Part shown: positions 8,768 to 19,896 of the stretch, piece after piece | How positions within the stretch are numbered: the stretch's first letter is position 1 | Layout of the letters: the number at the start of each line of letters is the position of its first letter | Assembly (NCBI RefSeq): GCF_026012015.1 | Contig: NZ_BRXR01000001.1 | Span: 3,196,728 to 3,260,727 of the forward strand | Source: Clostridium omnivorum | GTDB lineage: Bacteria > Bacillota > Clostridia > Clostridiales > Clostridiaceae | Reading direction: 5' to 3' | DNA: 64,000 bases | The notes under the pieces: model-generated | Told to the model about the DNA's origin: nothing | Database searches by the model: none | What the model saw: the letters and a program-made list of their open reading frames with translations, nothing else | Position numbers and translations under genes: made by a program

Positions 8768-10126
8768 ATGGAACAAAATACAAAATTAAAGAAGGATATA
8801 GGGCTTGTAATTGCCACAGCTCTAGTAGCTGGAAATATGATGGGATCGGGTATATTTATGTTGCCTGCAACTTTGGCGGACAAGTCAGGACCAGGAGCAA
8901 CTATGTTTGCATGGATAGTTACAGCGCTTGGGTCAATATTTTTAGCATTATCCTTTGCTAGACTAGGAACAAAGGTACCAAAGACTGGAGGACCTTATGA
9001 ATACTCAAAGCTTGCCTTCGGAGATTTCATGGGTTTTATGAGTGCATGGTTATATTGGAATGGATCATGGATAGGTAATGCTGCAGTAGTAATAGCAGTA
9101 TCTAGTTATGCAGGAAAGCTAATACCTGCCATAGGAAATAGCCAATTAGGAGCATTTTTATTTGCGTCAATAGTACTATGGATATTCACTATAATAAACA
9201 TATTTGGAGTTAGAAAAGCAGGTAAGATTCAGACAACAATAACATTCTTTGAATTAGGACTATTTTTATTATTTATAATTGTAGCTGCACTACACTTCAA
9301 TGTATCAAACTTATTACCACTATTCCCTGCTGAAAAAGGACTAGGCACAATGCCAAGTGCTGCTACTTCAACACTTTGGGCATTTGTTGGTCTTGAAAGC
9401 GCATCTATAGCAGCAGGTGAAATTAAGAATCCTGAAAAGAACGTAGCAAAGAGTACTATCATCGGAATCATAATTGTTGCTGTTATGTATATGGCAATTA
9501 ATTTCTTTGCAATGGGTGCAATGCCAAATGGAGCACTTGCTAAGAGCAGCGCACCATTAGCAGATATTTTATCTCAATATTTTGGTTCTGGAATTACAAA
9601 CTTTATAACTATTGGTGCTGTAATCAGTATTCTAGGAACTACAGTTGGATGGCTTCTATCTACAGCTCGTGTAGCATATGCAGCAGGAAAGGATGGAATG
9701 TTCCCTGAATTCTTTGCAAAGGTTCATCCAAAATATAATACACCTTATGTAGCTATAATTATAGGATCTGTATTAGTTAATGTACTTTTATTATTGAACT
9801 ATAATAAAACCACAAATGCAGCTTTTAACTTTATAATACTATTAGCAACACTATCTTTCTTGCCAATATATGCAATGACTTCGGCAGCAGATATGATACT
9901 AATAGTTAAAAAGGAAAAGAATTTCAACTTGTGGAATTTTATAAAGAATTCTTTTATACCACTTGTAGGATTTCTATATGCATGCTGGACAATCTATGGT
10001 TCAGGTGCAGAAACAGTAATGTATGGATTCCTTCTAATGCTAGCTGGGGTACCATTCTATATTTATATGACCTTAAAGAATAAAGAGAGATGTGATTCAA
10101 TAAGAAATTTTGATAAGATTGCTTAA
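8768..10126 (+). CDS. APC-superfamily amino-acid permease, probably lysine-specific given the L-box leader
   Basis: The six-frame ORF begins at 8627 inside the riboswitch. The real start is the ATG at 8768 (MEQNTKLKK), preceded by RBS AAGGAGGA. There are twelve TM helices and the APC signature region GNMMGSGIFMLPA. Confidence 0.8.
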   Translation: MEQNTKLKKDIGLVIATALVAGNMMGSGIFMLPATLADKSGPGATMFAWIVTALGSIFLALSFARLGTKVPKTGGPYEYSKLAFGDFMGFMSAWLYWNGSWIGNAAVVIAVSSYAGKLIPAIGNSQLGAFLFASIVLWIFTIINIFGVRKAGKIQTTITFFELGLFLLFIIVAALHFNVSNLLPLFPAEKGLGTMPSAATSTLWAFVGLESASIAAGEIKNPEKNVAKSTIIGIIIVAVMYMAINFFAMGAMPNGALAKSSAPLADILSQYFGSGITNFITIGAVISILGTTVGWLLSTARVAYAAGKDGMFPEFFAKVHPKYNTPYVAIIIGSVLVNVLLLLNYNKTTNAAFNFIILLATLSFLPIYAMTSAADMILIVKKEKNFNLWNFIKNSFIPLVGFLYACWTIYGSGAETVMYGFLLMLAGVPFYIYMTLKNKERCDSIRNFDKIA

Positions 10127-10150
10127 TAGTAATTTTGAATAAATTGTTAA

Positions 10151-10185
10151 AAAGGACTACCTCATTTTTTGTGAGATAGTCCTTT
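10151..10185. terminator. Bidirectional terminator between the permease (+) and glgP (-)
   Basis: AAAGGACTACCTCA / TGAGATAGTCCTTT hairpin with an A-run on the plus strand (a T-run on the minus strand). Confidence 0.6.
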
Positions 10186-10187
10186 TA

Positions 10188-12614
10188 TTATAGAATTATT
10201 TCCTGAGTATTCCAAATCTCCTTTGAATATTCACGTATAGTGTTATCACTGGAGAAGATACCCGATTTAGCGATGTTTGCTATACACATTTGCTGCCATT
10301 TATCCTTTTGTTTATAGTAGCTGTCTATTTGATTCTGAGCTTTTACATAGGAGTCAAAATCTTTAAGTACAAAATATTCGTCGTTGTTGTAAATTAAATT
10401 GTCATAGAGCATATTAAATTCAGAACCAGCAACCCCAAGAGATCCATTCATAATTTGATTTATTATGCAGTTGATTCTTCTATCATTATTAAAGATTTCT
10501 CTAGAAGAGTATCCTCCATGTTTGTAGTAATCCAGGACTTCGTAATCCTTTAATCCAAAGATTACAATATTCTCATCACCAACAGCATCTTTAATTTCAA
10601 TATTTGCGCCATCCAAAGTGGCTATGGTTACAGCTCCATTCATCATAAACTTCATATTACCAGTACCTGAAGCCTCTTTAGTAGCAGTTGAAATTTGTTC
10701 ACTCACATCAGAGGCAGGAATAATCCTTTCAGCTAAGGAAACTCTATAATTTTCTAGAAAAACTACCTTAATTTTATTGTTTAATTGAGCATCGTTATTA
10801 ACCATGAAAGCTATGCTGTTAATTAGTTTTATTGTCTGCTTAGCTAAATGATAACTAGGAGAAGCTTTTGCTGCAAAGAAGAAGGTTCTTGGTACTATAT
10901 CTAAATTTGGATTCTGTTTTAATCTATTATATAAGTCAAGGATGTTAAATACATTAAGTATTTGTCTTTTATAGGCATGAAGTCTTTTAACTTGAACATC
11001 AAAAATAGAATAAGGGTCAACTTTAATGCCATATTTTTTATAGATATCATTAGAAATCTCAATTTTATTATTTAGTTTGACCTTGGCAACTTTATCTCTA
11101 AAGGCACTATCATCTTTATAGGGGAGAAGAGATGATAGATTATTTGGACTTTTTATCCAAGAATCACCTATAGTTTCAGTTATTAAATTAGCAAGCTCAG
11201 GGTTTGCCTGAAGCAGCCATCTTCTATGAGTAATTCCATTAGTTTTATTATTAAATTTATAAGGAGAATAATTATAGAAACTTGAGAGTTCTTGTTTCTT
11301 TAATATTTCTGTGTGAAGCTTAGCAACTCCATTTACTGAATGGCTTCCTACAATTGCAAGATAGGCCATTCTAATTTGATTATCTTTTATAATAGCCATT
11401 TCATTAATTTTGTTCCAATCACCATGGTATCTATCCAATACTTCTTCACAAAATCTTTTGTTTATTTCTTCAATTATCATAAAAACTCTAGGTAGAAGCT
11501 TTTTAAACATATCTACTGGCCATTTTTCAAGGGCTTCAGCAAGTATTGTATGATTTGTATATGCAATTGTACTTGTAGTTATTTTCCAGGCTTCGTCCCA
11601 AGACAGCTTTTCCTCATCTATTAGTATTCTCATAAGCTCTGGTACAGCTACTGCTGGATGGGTATCGTTTATGTGAATTGCTGCAAAATCATTTAATTCC
11701 TTAATTGAGTGACCAGTTTTCTTAAATCTCCTTACAATACTCTGCAAACCAGCACTTACAAAAAAGTACTGCTGTTTTAATCTTAAAAGTCTGCCTTCTA
11801 TGTAGCTGTCATCAGGATATAAAACTTGTGATATGGATTCAACAGAAGCCTTATATGAGCTAGCTTTAGAATATTCTCCCTTGCTAAAGGAGAAAAGGTC
11901 AAATTCTGTGTCAATTGGTTCGGCACTCCAAAGCCTTAAAGTGTTGACTGAATTATTATCATATCCAATAACTGGAGTGTCATATGGAACAGCCCTTACT
12001 GCATCATAGTTCTCATGTATAAAGGAAAGTCTTCCATTAATTTGGCTAATTCGTATGTTACCTCCAAATCTTACTTCAACAGATTTATTTTCTTTACGAA
12101 TTTCCCATACATTTCCTTCTTTTAGCCAATTATCTGGAACTTCAACTTGATAACCATTTATTATCTTCTGTTCAAAGAGTCCATGATTATATCTAATACC
12201 ACATCCGTGGCCTGGTATGCCGAGGGAAGCCATGGAATCTAGAAAGCATGCAGCAAGTCTCCCAAGCCCGCCATTTCCAAGGCCAGCATCATTTTCTAAC
12301 TCTTCAAGCTCTGAAATATTAATTCCTAATTCTTTAAGGCCTTCTTCACATAGTGAATATATTCCTATGTTTAAAAGATTACTCTTTAAAAGTCTTCCGA
12401 TTAAAAACTCCATAGAAAAGTAATACACTTGTTTAATATTATTTTCAGTGTAATAATTGTTTGAATTAACCCAGGCCTCAGTAATATAATCTCTTACAAG
12501 CCCACCTAAGGCCATATATATGTGAAGCTTTGGGGCGTCTTCTATTTCTTCAGCAAAAGTATTCATAAGTTTTCTTTTAAAATCAAACTTGAATTTTTCT
12601 ATATTTAACCTCAT
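10188..12614 (-). CDS. glgP: Glycogen/maltodextrin phosphorylase
   Basis: PLP-site motif EASGTGNMKFMMNGA and length typical of GlgP. The six-frame ORF opens on a TTG at 12626, but RBS GGAGGA sits just upstream of the ATG at 12614 (MRLNIEK). Confidence 0.9.
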   Translation of the reverse strand: MRLNIEKFKFDFKRKLMNTFAEEIEDAPKLHIYMALGGLVRDYITEAWVNSNNYYTENNIKQVYYFSMEFLIGRLLKSNLLNIGIYSLCEEGLKELGINISELEELENDAGLGNGGLGRLAACFLDSMASLGIPGHGCGIRYNHGLFEQKIINGYQVEVPDNWLKEGNVWEIRKENKSVEVRFGGNIRISQINGRLSFIHENYDAVRAVPYDTPVIGYDNNSVNTLRLWSAEPIDTEFDLFSFSKGEYSKASSYKASVESISQVLYPDDSYIEGRLLRLKQQYFFVSAGLQSIVRRFKKTGHSIKELNDFAAIHINDTHPAVAVPELMRILIDEEKLSWDEAWKITTSTIAYTNHTILAEALEKWPVDMFKKLLPRVFMIIEEINKRFCEEVLDRYHGDWNKINEMAIIKDNQIRMAYLAIVGSHSVNGVAKLHTEILKKQELSSFYNYSPYKFNNKTNGITHRRWLLQANPELANLITETIGDSWIKSPNNLSSLLPYKDDSAFRDKVAKVKLNNKIEISNDIYKKYGIKVDPYSIFDVQVKRLHAYKRQILNVFNILDLYNRLKQNPNLDIVPRTFFFAAKASPSYHLAKQTIKLINSIAFMVNNDAQLNNKIKVVFLENYRVSLAERIIPASDVSEQISTATKEASGTGNMKFMMNGAVTIATLDGANIEIKDAVGDENIVIFGLKDYEVLDYYKHGGYSSREIFNNDRRINCIINQIMNGSLGVAGSEFNMLYDNLIYNNDEYFVLKDFDSYVKAQNQIDSYYKQKDKWQQMCIANIAKSGIFSSDNTIREYSKEIWNTQEIIL

Positions 12615-12661
12615 AATATCCTCCAAATTGCCGATATTTGCTTATAATCTTAACTTTATAT

Positions 12662-14092
12662 TTACTGCAAAGATGAGTATAGTTCAATATATTTTTTAGC
12701 AGAAATGCACCAGCTGTTGTCCTCGGTTAATGCTCGTTTAATTAGATTATTAAATACAGGTTTATTTTCATATAGACTTACTGCTCTTTTTATTGTATAG
12801 AGCATGTCATGAGCATTGTAATTACTAAAAGAAAAGCCATTACCTTCTCCAGTAACTTCATTAAAGGATATTACTGTATCCTTTAAACCTCCAGTTTCCC
12901 TAACGATAGGAAGTGTACCATATCTTAGTGCTATAAGTTGGCCAATTCCGCAGGGTTCAAAAAGAGAAGGCATTAGGAATAAATCAGAACCAGCATAGAT
13001 TTTCTTCGCAAGCTCATTATTAAAGCATATATTTGCCGATAGCTTATCAGGATATTTTCCAGCGTAGTATCTAAACATATCTTCGTAGGTAGGTTCACCA
13101 GTGCCTAGCACTACAAGCTGAATGTTTAATTGAAGTATTTCTTCAATTAAACAGCTTATTAGGTCTATTCCCTTTTGTGATGCGAGCCTTGTTACCATTC
13201 CAATCATAGGGATATCCTTGTTTACAGGTAAATTAAGCTGCTCCTGGAGCTTTGTTTTATTAAATAATTTGTTCTCTATATTGTTTTCATCAAAATTAAA
13301 GAATATTTCCTTATCTTTTCTAGGATCATACATAGTTGTATCTATACCATTTACAATACCGGATAAATCATTGCTTCTTGCACATAACAAGCCGTGAAGG
13401 CCTTCGCCATAGAAGGCTGTTTTTATTTCTTCGGCATAAGTATTACTTACAGTGGTAATTTTATCAGCAAAATTTAATCCGCCTTTCATAAAAGAAACAC
13501 CATCATAGTATTTTAATTTATCTTCTGTAAAATACTCATCACCTAAGGATAAAAGTTCTCCCAAAATCTCTTTTGAGAATACACCTTGATATTGTAAATT
13601 GTGAATTGTAAATATTGTTCTAATGTTTTTATAGTTATTTTTCCAGGAAAAGTGCTCCTTCATTAGAGGAATTATCATTCCTGTATGCCAGTCGTTACAG
13701 TGAATAATATCTGGTGTGAAATTATCCATTGTATCAATAGCCTCAAGCACCGCTCTGCAAAAATAAGAGAATCTTTCTCCGTCGTCGTAGTACCCATAGG
13801 AAGCTGGTCTTTTAAAATAGTATTCATTATCTATAAAGTAATAGGGAATTCCTTCATATTCAAGATATTGAAGTCCTCCATATTGATTTCTCCAGCCAAC
13901 AGGTACATTAAAGGTACTTAGTGTTTTAAGCTTTTCCTTAAAGGAGTTAGCCATAGTACCGTACTTAGGTATTATTACTCTTACATCTACTCCTAAACTG
14001 CGAAGAGTCTTTGGCAGTGCATAGGCTACGTCACCTAGGCCTCCAGTTTTAATAAATGGATGAGCTTCAGAGGCTACAAATAATACTTTCAT
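12662..14092 (-). CDS. glgA: Glycogen synthase (ADP-glucose type)
   Basis: N-terminal MKVLFVASEAHPFIKTGGLGDV is the canonical GlgA motif (KTGGL). Confidence 0.9.
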   Translation of the reverse strand: MKVLFVASEAHPFIKTGGLGDVAYALPKTLRSLGVDVRVIIPKYGTMANSFKEKLKTLSTFNVPVGWRNQYGGLQYLEYEGIPYYFIDNEYYFKRPASYGYYDDGERFSYFCRAVLEAIDTMDNFTPDIIHCNDWHTGMIIPLMKEHFSWKNNYKNIRTIFTIHNLQYQGVFSKEILGELLSLGDEYFTEDKLKYYDGVSFMKGGLNFADKITTVSNTYAEEIKTAFYGEGLHGLLCARSNDLSGIVNGIDTTMYDPRKDKEIFFNFDENNIENKLFNKTKLQEQLNLPVNKDIPMIGMVTRLASQKGIDLISCLIEEILQLNIQLVVLGTGEPTYEDMFRYYAGKYPDKLSANICFNNELAKKIYAGSDLFLMPSLFEPCGIGQLIALRYGTLPIVRETGGLKDTVISFNEVTGEGNGFSFSNYNAHDMLYTIKRAVSLYENKPVFNNLIKRALTEDNSWCISAKKYIELYSSLQ

Positions 14093-14104
14093 TGCAAATC
14101 TCCT

Positions 14105-15214
14105 TTAAAATAAAGTTTTTTTCTCAAGTACAAGTGGCATGTTTTCATGGCCTATTAAATCGTTATGTGCTTCTACTTCTACGTTTTTGTCTATAATAAC
14201 ATTGGAGAGGTTAGCATTCCCACCAATAATACAATTTTGCATTATAATACAATTTTTAATATTAGCATTCTTTTCAATGTTAACTCTTCTAAAAATAATA
14301 CTATTTTTAACAGTACCTCCAATGATGCAGCCATTAGCTATCAAAGAGTTTGAAACCTTTGAAGTATTTTCATATTTAGTAGGAGCTTCATCTTGAACTT
14401 TAGTATATACTTTGCCATTTTTGAAGAATAAGTCCCTATTTATCTCAAGGTTAAGCATATCCATATTGGCTTTATAAAAGCTATTTATGGAGTTTATACA
14501 TGCTGCATACCCATTAAATTCATGGTTATTAATATAGTAATTATTAATGTTTTTATATACTGCATCCTTTAAAGTTGTGTACATTCCTGTTTTTATGCCT
14601 TTTAAAACTAAATCTATTAAAACCTGTTTTTTCATAATAAACATTTCCATAGAAATTTTGCAATCAGATGGTGAGCCTATATTTCTTCCGACACTAATGA
14701 CTTTTCCGCTGCTATCTATGTTTAATATATCACAGTTGTTAAAAAGGTTGTTTCCACCATCTATAGATTTGTATATTACAGTAATGTCTTTACCTGACTT
14801 TTCATGAAATTCAACTGCTTTTTCATAATCTATATTACATATCATATAGGAAGGGGAGATTATTACATTGTTTTCTTTGCTTTTATATAAATAATCCATA
14901 TTGCTTTCAAGAAGCTTCATATCATCTGTACAACCGTTATAGCTGAATAGAAAAATACCACTTTTTTTTCTATCTAAATCCCAAGGCTTTCCTGAACCAA
15001 TATGATCTAGTAGTGACCTAGATTTTGTTTCAGTAAAAATTCCTATGTTTGTTATTCCTGCATTTACTAAATTAGAAAGAGCAAAATCTATAATTCTATA
15101 TCTTCCTCCAAATGGAATGGATGCAATTGTCCTATTTCTAGTAAGCCTTTTTAAACCATCATCATTTTCATTTAAAGTTAAAATTCCCATATAATCCTTT
15201 AACATGCTGTTCAC
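14105..15214 (-). CDS. glgD: Glucose-1-phosphate adenylyltransferase regulatory subunit
   Basis: N-terminal region similar to GlgC (PFGGRYRIIDFALSN) but lacking the GGxGxRL motif. It lies immediately downstream of glgC, as in Firmicute glgBCDAP operons. Confidence 0.85.
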   Translation of the reverse strand: MNSMLKDYMGILTLNENDDGLKRLTRNRTIASIPFGGRYRIIDFALSNLVNAGITNIGIFTETKSRSLLDHIGSGKPWDLDRKKSGIFLFSYNGCTDDMKLLESNMDYLYKSKENNVIISPSYMICNIDYEKAVEFHEKSGKDITVIYKSIDGGNNLFNNCDILNIDSSGKVISVGRNIGSPSDCKISMEMFIMKKQVLIDLVLKGIKTGMYTTLKDAVYKNINNYYINNHEFNGYAACINSINSFYKANMDMLNLEINRDLFFKNGKVYTKVQDEAPTKYENTSKVSNSLIANGCIIGGTVKNSIIFRRVNIEKNANIKNCIIMQNCIIGGNANLSNVIIDKNVEVEAHNDLIGHENMPLVLEKKTLF

Positions 15215-15241
15215 CTCGTAAATAAAATATAATTTAGTAAT

Positions 15242-16405
15242 CTATATTTTTGTAGTAGCTGCTAGGTCTATGGTTTCTTTGTCAATAACTCTTCCTTCGC
15301 CTACTACCGCTACCTCATCACCATTGCTCACAAGAGTATCTTCTTCTATAATAACGTCTTGACCTAAGATAGCTTTATTTATTATGGAATTCTTTTTAAT
15401 TTTTGTATTTGACATTATAACTGAATCTCTAACGGTGGCATTTTCTTCAATGTGTACACCAGGAAATATAACTGAATTTATTACTTTACCATAGATTTCA
15501 CATCCTTCAGCCATGATAGAATTAGTAACCTCAGCATTAGGTCCTATATATTGTGGTGGCTGCATAGGATTAACGGAATATATTTTAAAGCTTGTATCAT
15601 GTATATTTAAATCATTTTTGTCATCAAGCAAATCCATATTAGCTTGCCATAAGCTCTCAATAGTACCTACATCTTTCCAGTAGCCTTCAAAAGGGTAAGC
15701 CATCATTTTTTTATCATTTTCTAGCATAAGAGGTATTATATTTTTACCGAAATCATTGCTGGATTTAGGATTACTTTCATCTTTAATAAGGTATTGCCTT
15801 AAAACCTCCCAAGTGAATATATATATTCCCATGGAGGCTAATGTACTCTTAGGCTTTTTAGGCTTTTCTTCAAATTCGTATATTTCAAAATTTTCATTAG
15901 CATTCATAATGCCAAATCTGCTAGCTTCCTCAAGCGGTACATCAATTACTGCTATGGTTGCATCAGCATTATTTTTCTTGTGAAATTCTAGCATTTTTGA
16001 ATAATCCATTTTGTATATATGATCACCTGATAAAATCAGTACATATTCAGGGTCATGATAGTCAATATATCCAATGTTTTGATAAATAGCATTAGCAGTA
16101 CCTTTATACCAGTCTCCGCCAGTAGACTTCATATATGGCGGAAGGACGCTAACACCACCGCTAGCTCTATCTAAATCCCAAGGTGCTCCAATGCCAATAT
16201 GAGAGTTAAGCACTAGAGGTTGATACTGAGTAAGCACACCAACTGTATTAATCCCAGAATTAGAGCAATTACTTAAAGGAAAATCAATTATTCTATACTT
16301 TCCGCCAAAAGGTACAGCGGGCTTGGCTATCTCCTTTGTTAAAACACCTAATCTGCTTCCTTGTCCTCCAGCAAGAATCATTGCAATCATTTCATTTTTT
16401 GTCAT
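15242..16405 (-). CDS. glgC: Glucose-1-phosphate adenylyltransferase catalytic subunit
   Basis: [37 protein letters not shown] matches the GlgC consensus. Confidence 0.9.
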   Translation of the reverse strand: MTKNEMIAMILAGGQGSRLGVLTKEIAKPAVPFGGKYRIIDFPLSNCSNSGINTVGVLTQYQPLVLNSHIGIGAPWDLDRASGGVSVLPPYMKSTGGDWYKGTANAIYQNIGYIDYHDPEYVLILSGDHIYKMDYSKMLEFHKKNNADATIAVIDVPLEEASRFGIMNANENFEIYEFEEKPKKPKSTLASMGIYIFTWEVLRQYLIKDESNPKSSNDFGKNIIPLMLENDKKMMAYPFEGYWKDVGTIESLWQANMDLLDDKNDLNIHDTSFKIYSVNPMQPPQYIGPNAEVTNSIMAEGCEIYGKVINSVIFPGVHIEENATVRDSVIMSNTKIKKNSIINKAILGQDVIIEEDTLVSNGDEVAVVGEGRVIDKETIDLAATTKI

Positions 16406-16455
16406 ACAGATACCTCCCCAATAGAAAATGATGTTTGTTGTAGCTTTATTTTTTA

Positions 16456-18330
16456 TTAATATTTTTTCCTAGTTTTAATCTCTGGTTCTATAAATATAGT
16501 AGACAAAGGTGGAATTTTGATTTTTATATGGTATGGTTGATTATGCCAACTATCGTTTACTGCTAATAATAGTTCATCGTTGGTTTGATTAGAACCTCCA
16601 TAACAGGATTTATCACTGTTAAAGGTTTCCTTATACTTTGTAAGCTTTGGGACGCCTATCTTGTAGTCCTCAAATACCATTGGGGTAAAATTGCATACTA
16701 CAATTACGCAGCTGTTTTTCTTCAAGCCTTTACGCATAAAGGAAATAATACTTAAATCTTTATTTTCATGGTCTATCCATTGAAAACCTTCATAGCTGTG
16801 ATCTTGTTCCCAAAGGGCTTCTTTAGCTTTGTAAAAATTATTTAAGTCTTTTACATACATCTGCATTGAATTATGCATAGGATATTCAAGTAGACTCCAA
16901 TCAAGTTCGCTTCCAAATCTCCATTCGATAAACTGTCCAAGTTCACCACCCATAAATAACAGTTTTTTACCTGGATGACCAATCATATATGCATAAAACA
17001 TTCTGAGACTTGCAAACTTTTGCCAGTAGTCACCAGGCATTTTATCTAAAAGTGACTTTTTACCATGCACTACTTCATCGTGAGAGAGGGGAAGTATAAA
17101 GTTTTCTGAAAAAGCATACATTAACGAAAAGGTTATTAAATTATGATTATATTTTCTATATAGTGGATCAAGTTGCATGTATTTTAACATATCATTCATC
17201 CAACCCATATTCCATTTATAGTTAAAGCCAAGACCTCCTGCATAGGTTGGTGCGGTTACAGCAGGAAAGGCGCTGGAGTCTTCTGCGGTTGCTAGTACAT
17301 TGGGGTAATATTTAAAAATAGCCTTATTCAATGCTTTTAAAAAGTCTATAGCCTCTAAATTTTCTGTTCCATTGCTCCAATAAATTATGTTGGCTACTGC
17401 ATCTACTCGTATTCCGTCAATATGATATGTATCAAACCAAAAAAGTGCACTTGAAATTAAAAACATACGAACCAGTGGCTTCGCAAGATCAAAATTGGCA
17501 GTTCCCCATTGATAATTTTCTCCTTTTCCTGGGTCTGAATATTCATAAAGAGCAGTACCATCAAATCTATACAATCCATGGGAATCTTTACAGAAGTGAC
17601 TGGGAACCCAATCTAATATAACACCAATTCCTCTTTGATGAAATTTATCAACAAAATACATAAAGTCTTTAGGACTACCAAATCTGCTTGTAACAGAAAA
17701 ATAACCTGTACTTTGATATCCCCAAGAATCATCCAAAGGATGTTCGGCTAGCGGAAGCAATTCTATGTGGGTGTACCCCATTTGAGATACATATTCTGAA
17801 AGCTCATCAGCAATTGTTCTGTAATCTAAAAATTCACTGTTCTCGGTACGTTTCCAGGAACCAAGATGTACCTCATATATATTCATTGGTTTATCGTATA
17901 TCGGCTTTTTTTGTCTTTTATTAAGCCAACGTTTATCATGCCACTTATACCCTTTCAGATTGACAACCTTTGAAGCAGTGCTGGGACGCTCTTCTGAATA
18001 AAAAGCAAAGGGATCAGCTTTCATAAAAGAATGTCCATCCAATGTATGAATTTCATATTTATATATTTCCCATTCCGTTATCCCTTCAATAAATAGAGTC
18101 CAGATACCTAAATTATTTTTCCTTTTCATTATATGAAGGGTACCATCCCAATTATTAAAATTTCCTACAACTCTTACTTCTTTAGCATTGGGAGCCATAA
18201 CTGAAAATCGTACTCCCTGGATCTTATTATTACAAACTATATGGCTGCCGAGAATATTATATAAGTGTAAAATTGGTTTTTCATTTCCGGTTAGCTTATA
18301 TTTTAAAGAATAATTTTTGATGTGCTGCAT
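16456..18330 (-). CDS. glgB: 1,4-alpha-glucan branching enzyme
   Basis: GH13 motifs [20 protein letters not shown] and ELGQF. Length 624 aa. It is the first gene of the glg operon. Confidence 0.9.
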   Translation of the reverse strand: MQHIKNYSLKYKLTGNEKPILHLYNILGSHIVCNNKIQGVRFSVMAPNAKEVRVVGNFNNWDGTLHIMKRKNNLGIWTLFIEGITEWEIYKYEIHTLDGHSFMKADPFAFYSEERPSTASKVVNLKGYKWHDKRWLNKRQKKPIYDKPMNIYEVHLGSWKRTENSEFLDYRTIADELSEYVSQMGYTHIELLPLAEHPLDDSWGYQSTGYFSVTSRFGSPKDFMYFVDKFHQRGIGVILDWVPSHFCKDSHGLYRFDGTALYEYSDPGKGENYQWGTANFDLAKPLVRMFLISSALFWFDTYHIDGIRVDAVANIIYWSNGTENLEAIDFLKALNKAIFKYYPNVLATAEDSSAFPAVTAPTYAGGLGFNYKWNMGWMNDMLKYMQLDPLYRKYNHNLITFSLMYAFSENFILPLSHDEVVHGKKSLLDKMPGDYWQKFASLRMFYAYMIGHPGKKLLFMGGELGQFIEWRFGSELDWSLLEYPMHNSMQMYVKDLNNFYKAKEALWEQDHSYEGFQWIDHENKDLSIISFMRKGLKKNSCVIVVCNFTPMVFEDYKIGVPKLTKYKETFNSDKSCYGGSNQTNDELLLAVNDSWHNQPYHIKIKIPPLSTIFIEPEIKTRKKY

Positions 18331-18665
18331 GATATTCCTCCTAAAGTTAAGGTATGTATAAAAAAAGGCAGAACCATTTGGCCTGCTTTATTAAATTACG
18401 TCATGAAAAATCAAAATATGACAAATTTTTTTAAATTGTGTGAATTACGGTGGAAGATAAAATTAGTCATTCATTAATATATATACTAAAGCTTTTTTTA
18501 TATACCGTCAACTGTCATAGGAACCTTATTTAAGTGATTACAAATGTTTACATTAACTATAGTTTACAGTTGCTAGATTTTTTTCAAAAATATAAAACCT
18601 AAGAATTGAAAGTGCAATTCCTAGGTTTTAAACTTGTAAAATTATTTTCTGCTTGCTATTAAAAA

Positions 18666-18956
18666 TTACTTTAATTCATTTTGCATATTTGTAGCATTAG
18701 TTTTTGCATTTTGAACATCAGGTTGAGGAGCATCTTTAGTTGTGTACCAGCCTTTACTCTCCATAGAGTTAAATATTTTACTTTGAAGGTCTTGAACCTT
18801 TTGATAATTAGTCATTAGTGTATTTTTAAGATTAGGGCAAGAGGTTTCAGTCATTCCTACGCTATAAGCACCTATAACCTGCTTTTCGCTAGCAAGTAAA
18901 TCATGCATTAAGTCTTTTTCCTGCATAGTTGTAGTATTCATATTATATCCCTCCAA
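18666..18956 (-). CDS. Spore coat protein, Coat_F (CotF) domain
   Basis: DLLASEKQVIGAYSVGMTETSCPNLKNTL...ESKGWY follows the Coat_F domain pattern. Confidence 0.65.
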   Translation of the reverse strand: MEGYNMNTTTMQEKDLMHDLLASEKQVIGAYSVGMTETSCPNLKNTLMTNYQKVQDLQSKIFNSMESKGWYTTKDAPQPDVQNAKTNATNMQNELK

Positions 18957-18985
18957 TTATTCTACTAATATAAATAATCTATTTA

Positions 18986-19183
18986 TTATTGATGAGAATC
19001 TAAATAGGATTTAAGAGTTGTAAAATTGTCTTTGTGAACCTTTGCTGCTTCATTGCAAAGATTTTTTAATTGAGCATCAGTGCAAGTTTCAGCATATTCA
19101 TGACATTTTTTGTTCATTAGGGCTTCATAACCTATTTGGTCTTCAATAACCTTAAGATTGTTACTTTTTATTTGAGCGTTCAT
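18986..19183 (-). CDS. Small spore-coat-associated protein co-transcribed with the CotF-like gene
   Basis: 65-aa ORF 29 bp upstream of, and co-oriented with, the CotF-domain gene. Two-gene coat modules of this kind are common in Clostridia. Confidence 0.4.
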   Translation of the reverse strand: MNAQIKSNNLKVIEDQIGYEALMNKKCHEYAETCTDAQLKNLCNEAAKVHKDNFTTLKSYLDSHQ

Positions 19184-19523
19184 AGATGTTACCTCCTCGT
19201 ATTTCTAATTAGCACTAAACATTTAGGATGCTTAGCTGCGCAATTGATTACAAACATATTATTTGCTTATTAAAATCAAATATAGGTGGTAATTTTATGT
19301 ATCAGCTTCATGGAAAAAATATGCTAAGGTGAGGTTCTTTTGCTTTATTAACTTAACTTAACTATTTAAATAAAGCAAAAATGCATAAAATAAAATAGGG
19401 CTATTTTAAAAGTTCAAAAGCATAAAAAATTAAGTGAGTATGTTTAATACAACAGAAATCCAGTAAATATTTATATATTTTAATATTTATATACTTAAAT
19501 ATTTATATTATAGGAGGCTATTT

Positions 19524-19745
19524 ATGGATAATAAATTTAATGATGTTAATAAAAATTTGGATTTAAGTGCAATTGATTCTAGATACGAACAAGCGTTAGC
19601 TATGGGAGTAGAAATACCAAAGGATGGTTATTGGGGAAATGTTCCTTCAAGGATTTGTGGTGCTGTAGGCGGTGCTAAAGGCGGAGAAATGGTTAGGCAG
19701 GCAATTGAAGATTTTGAAATGGATTTGGCTAAGGGTAAAAAGTAA
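19524..19745 (+). CDS. Divergent small acid-soluble spore protein-like protein (alpha/beta-type SASP-related)
   Basis: EQALAMGVEI and GAVGGAKGGEMVRQAIE resemble the two conserved SASP blocks (compare KMEAAREVGV / GSVGGQMVKKMVE in the canonical SASP at 34870-35067). RBS AGGAGG. Confidence 0.45.
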   Translation: MDNKFNDVNKNLDLSAIDSRYEQALAMGVEIPKDGYWGNVPSRICGAVGGAKGGEMVRQAIEDFEMDLAKGKK

Positions 19746-19896
19746 ATAATAAATCATAGCTATAATTTTTTAGATTAAAGCTCGCGGTAAACGCCGGAGC
19801 TTTAATCTATGTAGTTATTACAATGTGTGAGTTAACTTGATTTGATTAAATAAAAGCTATATAATACAAATGACTTTTAGCGAATGAGGTGATATA

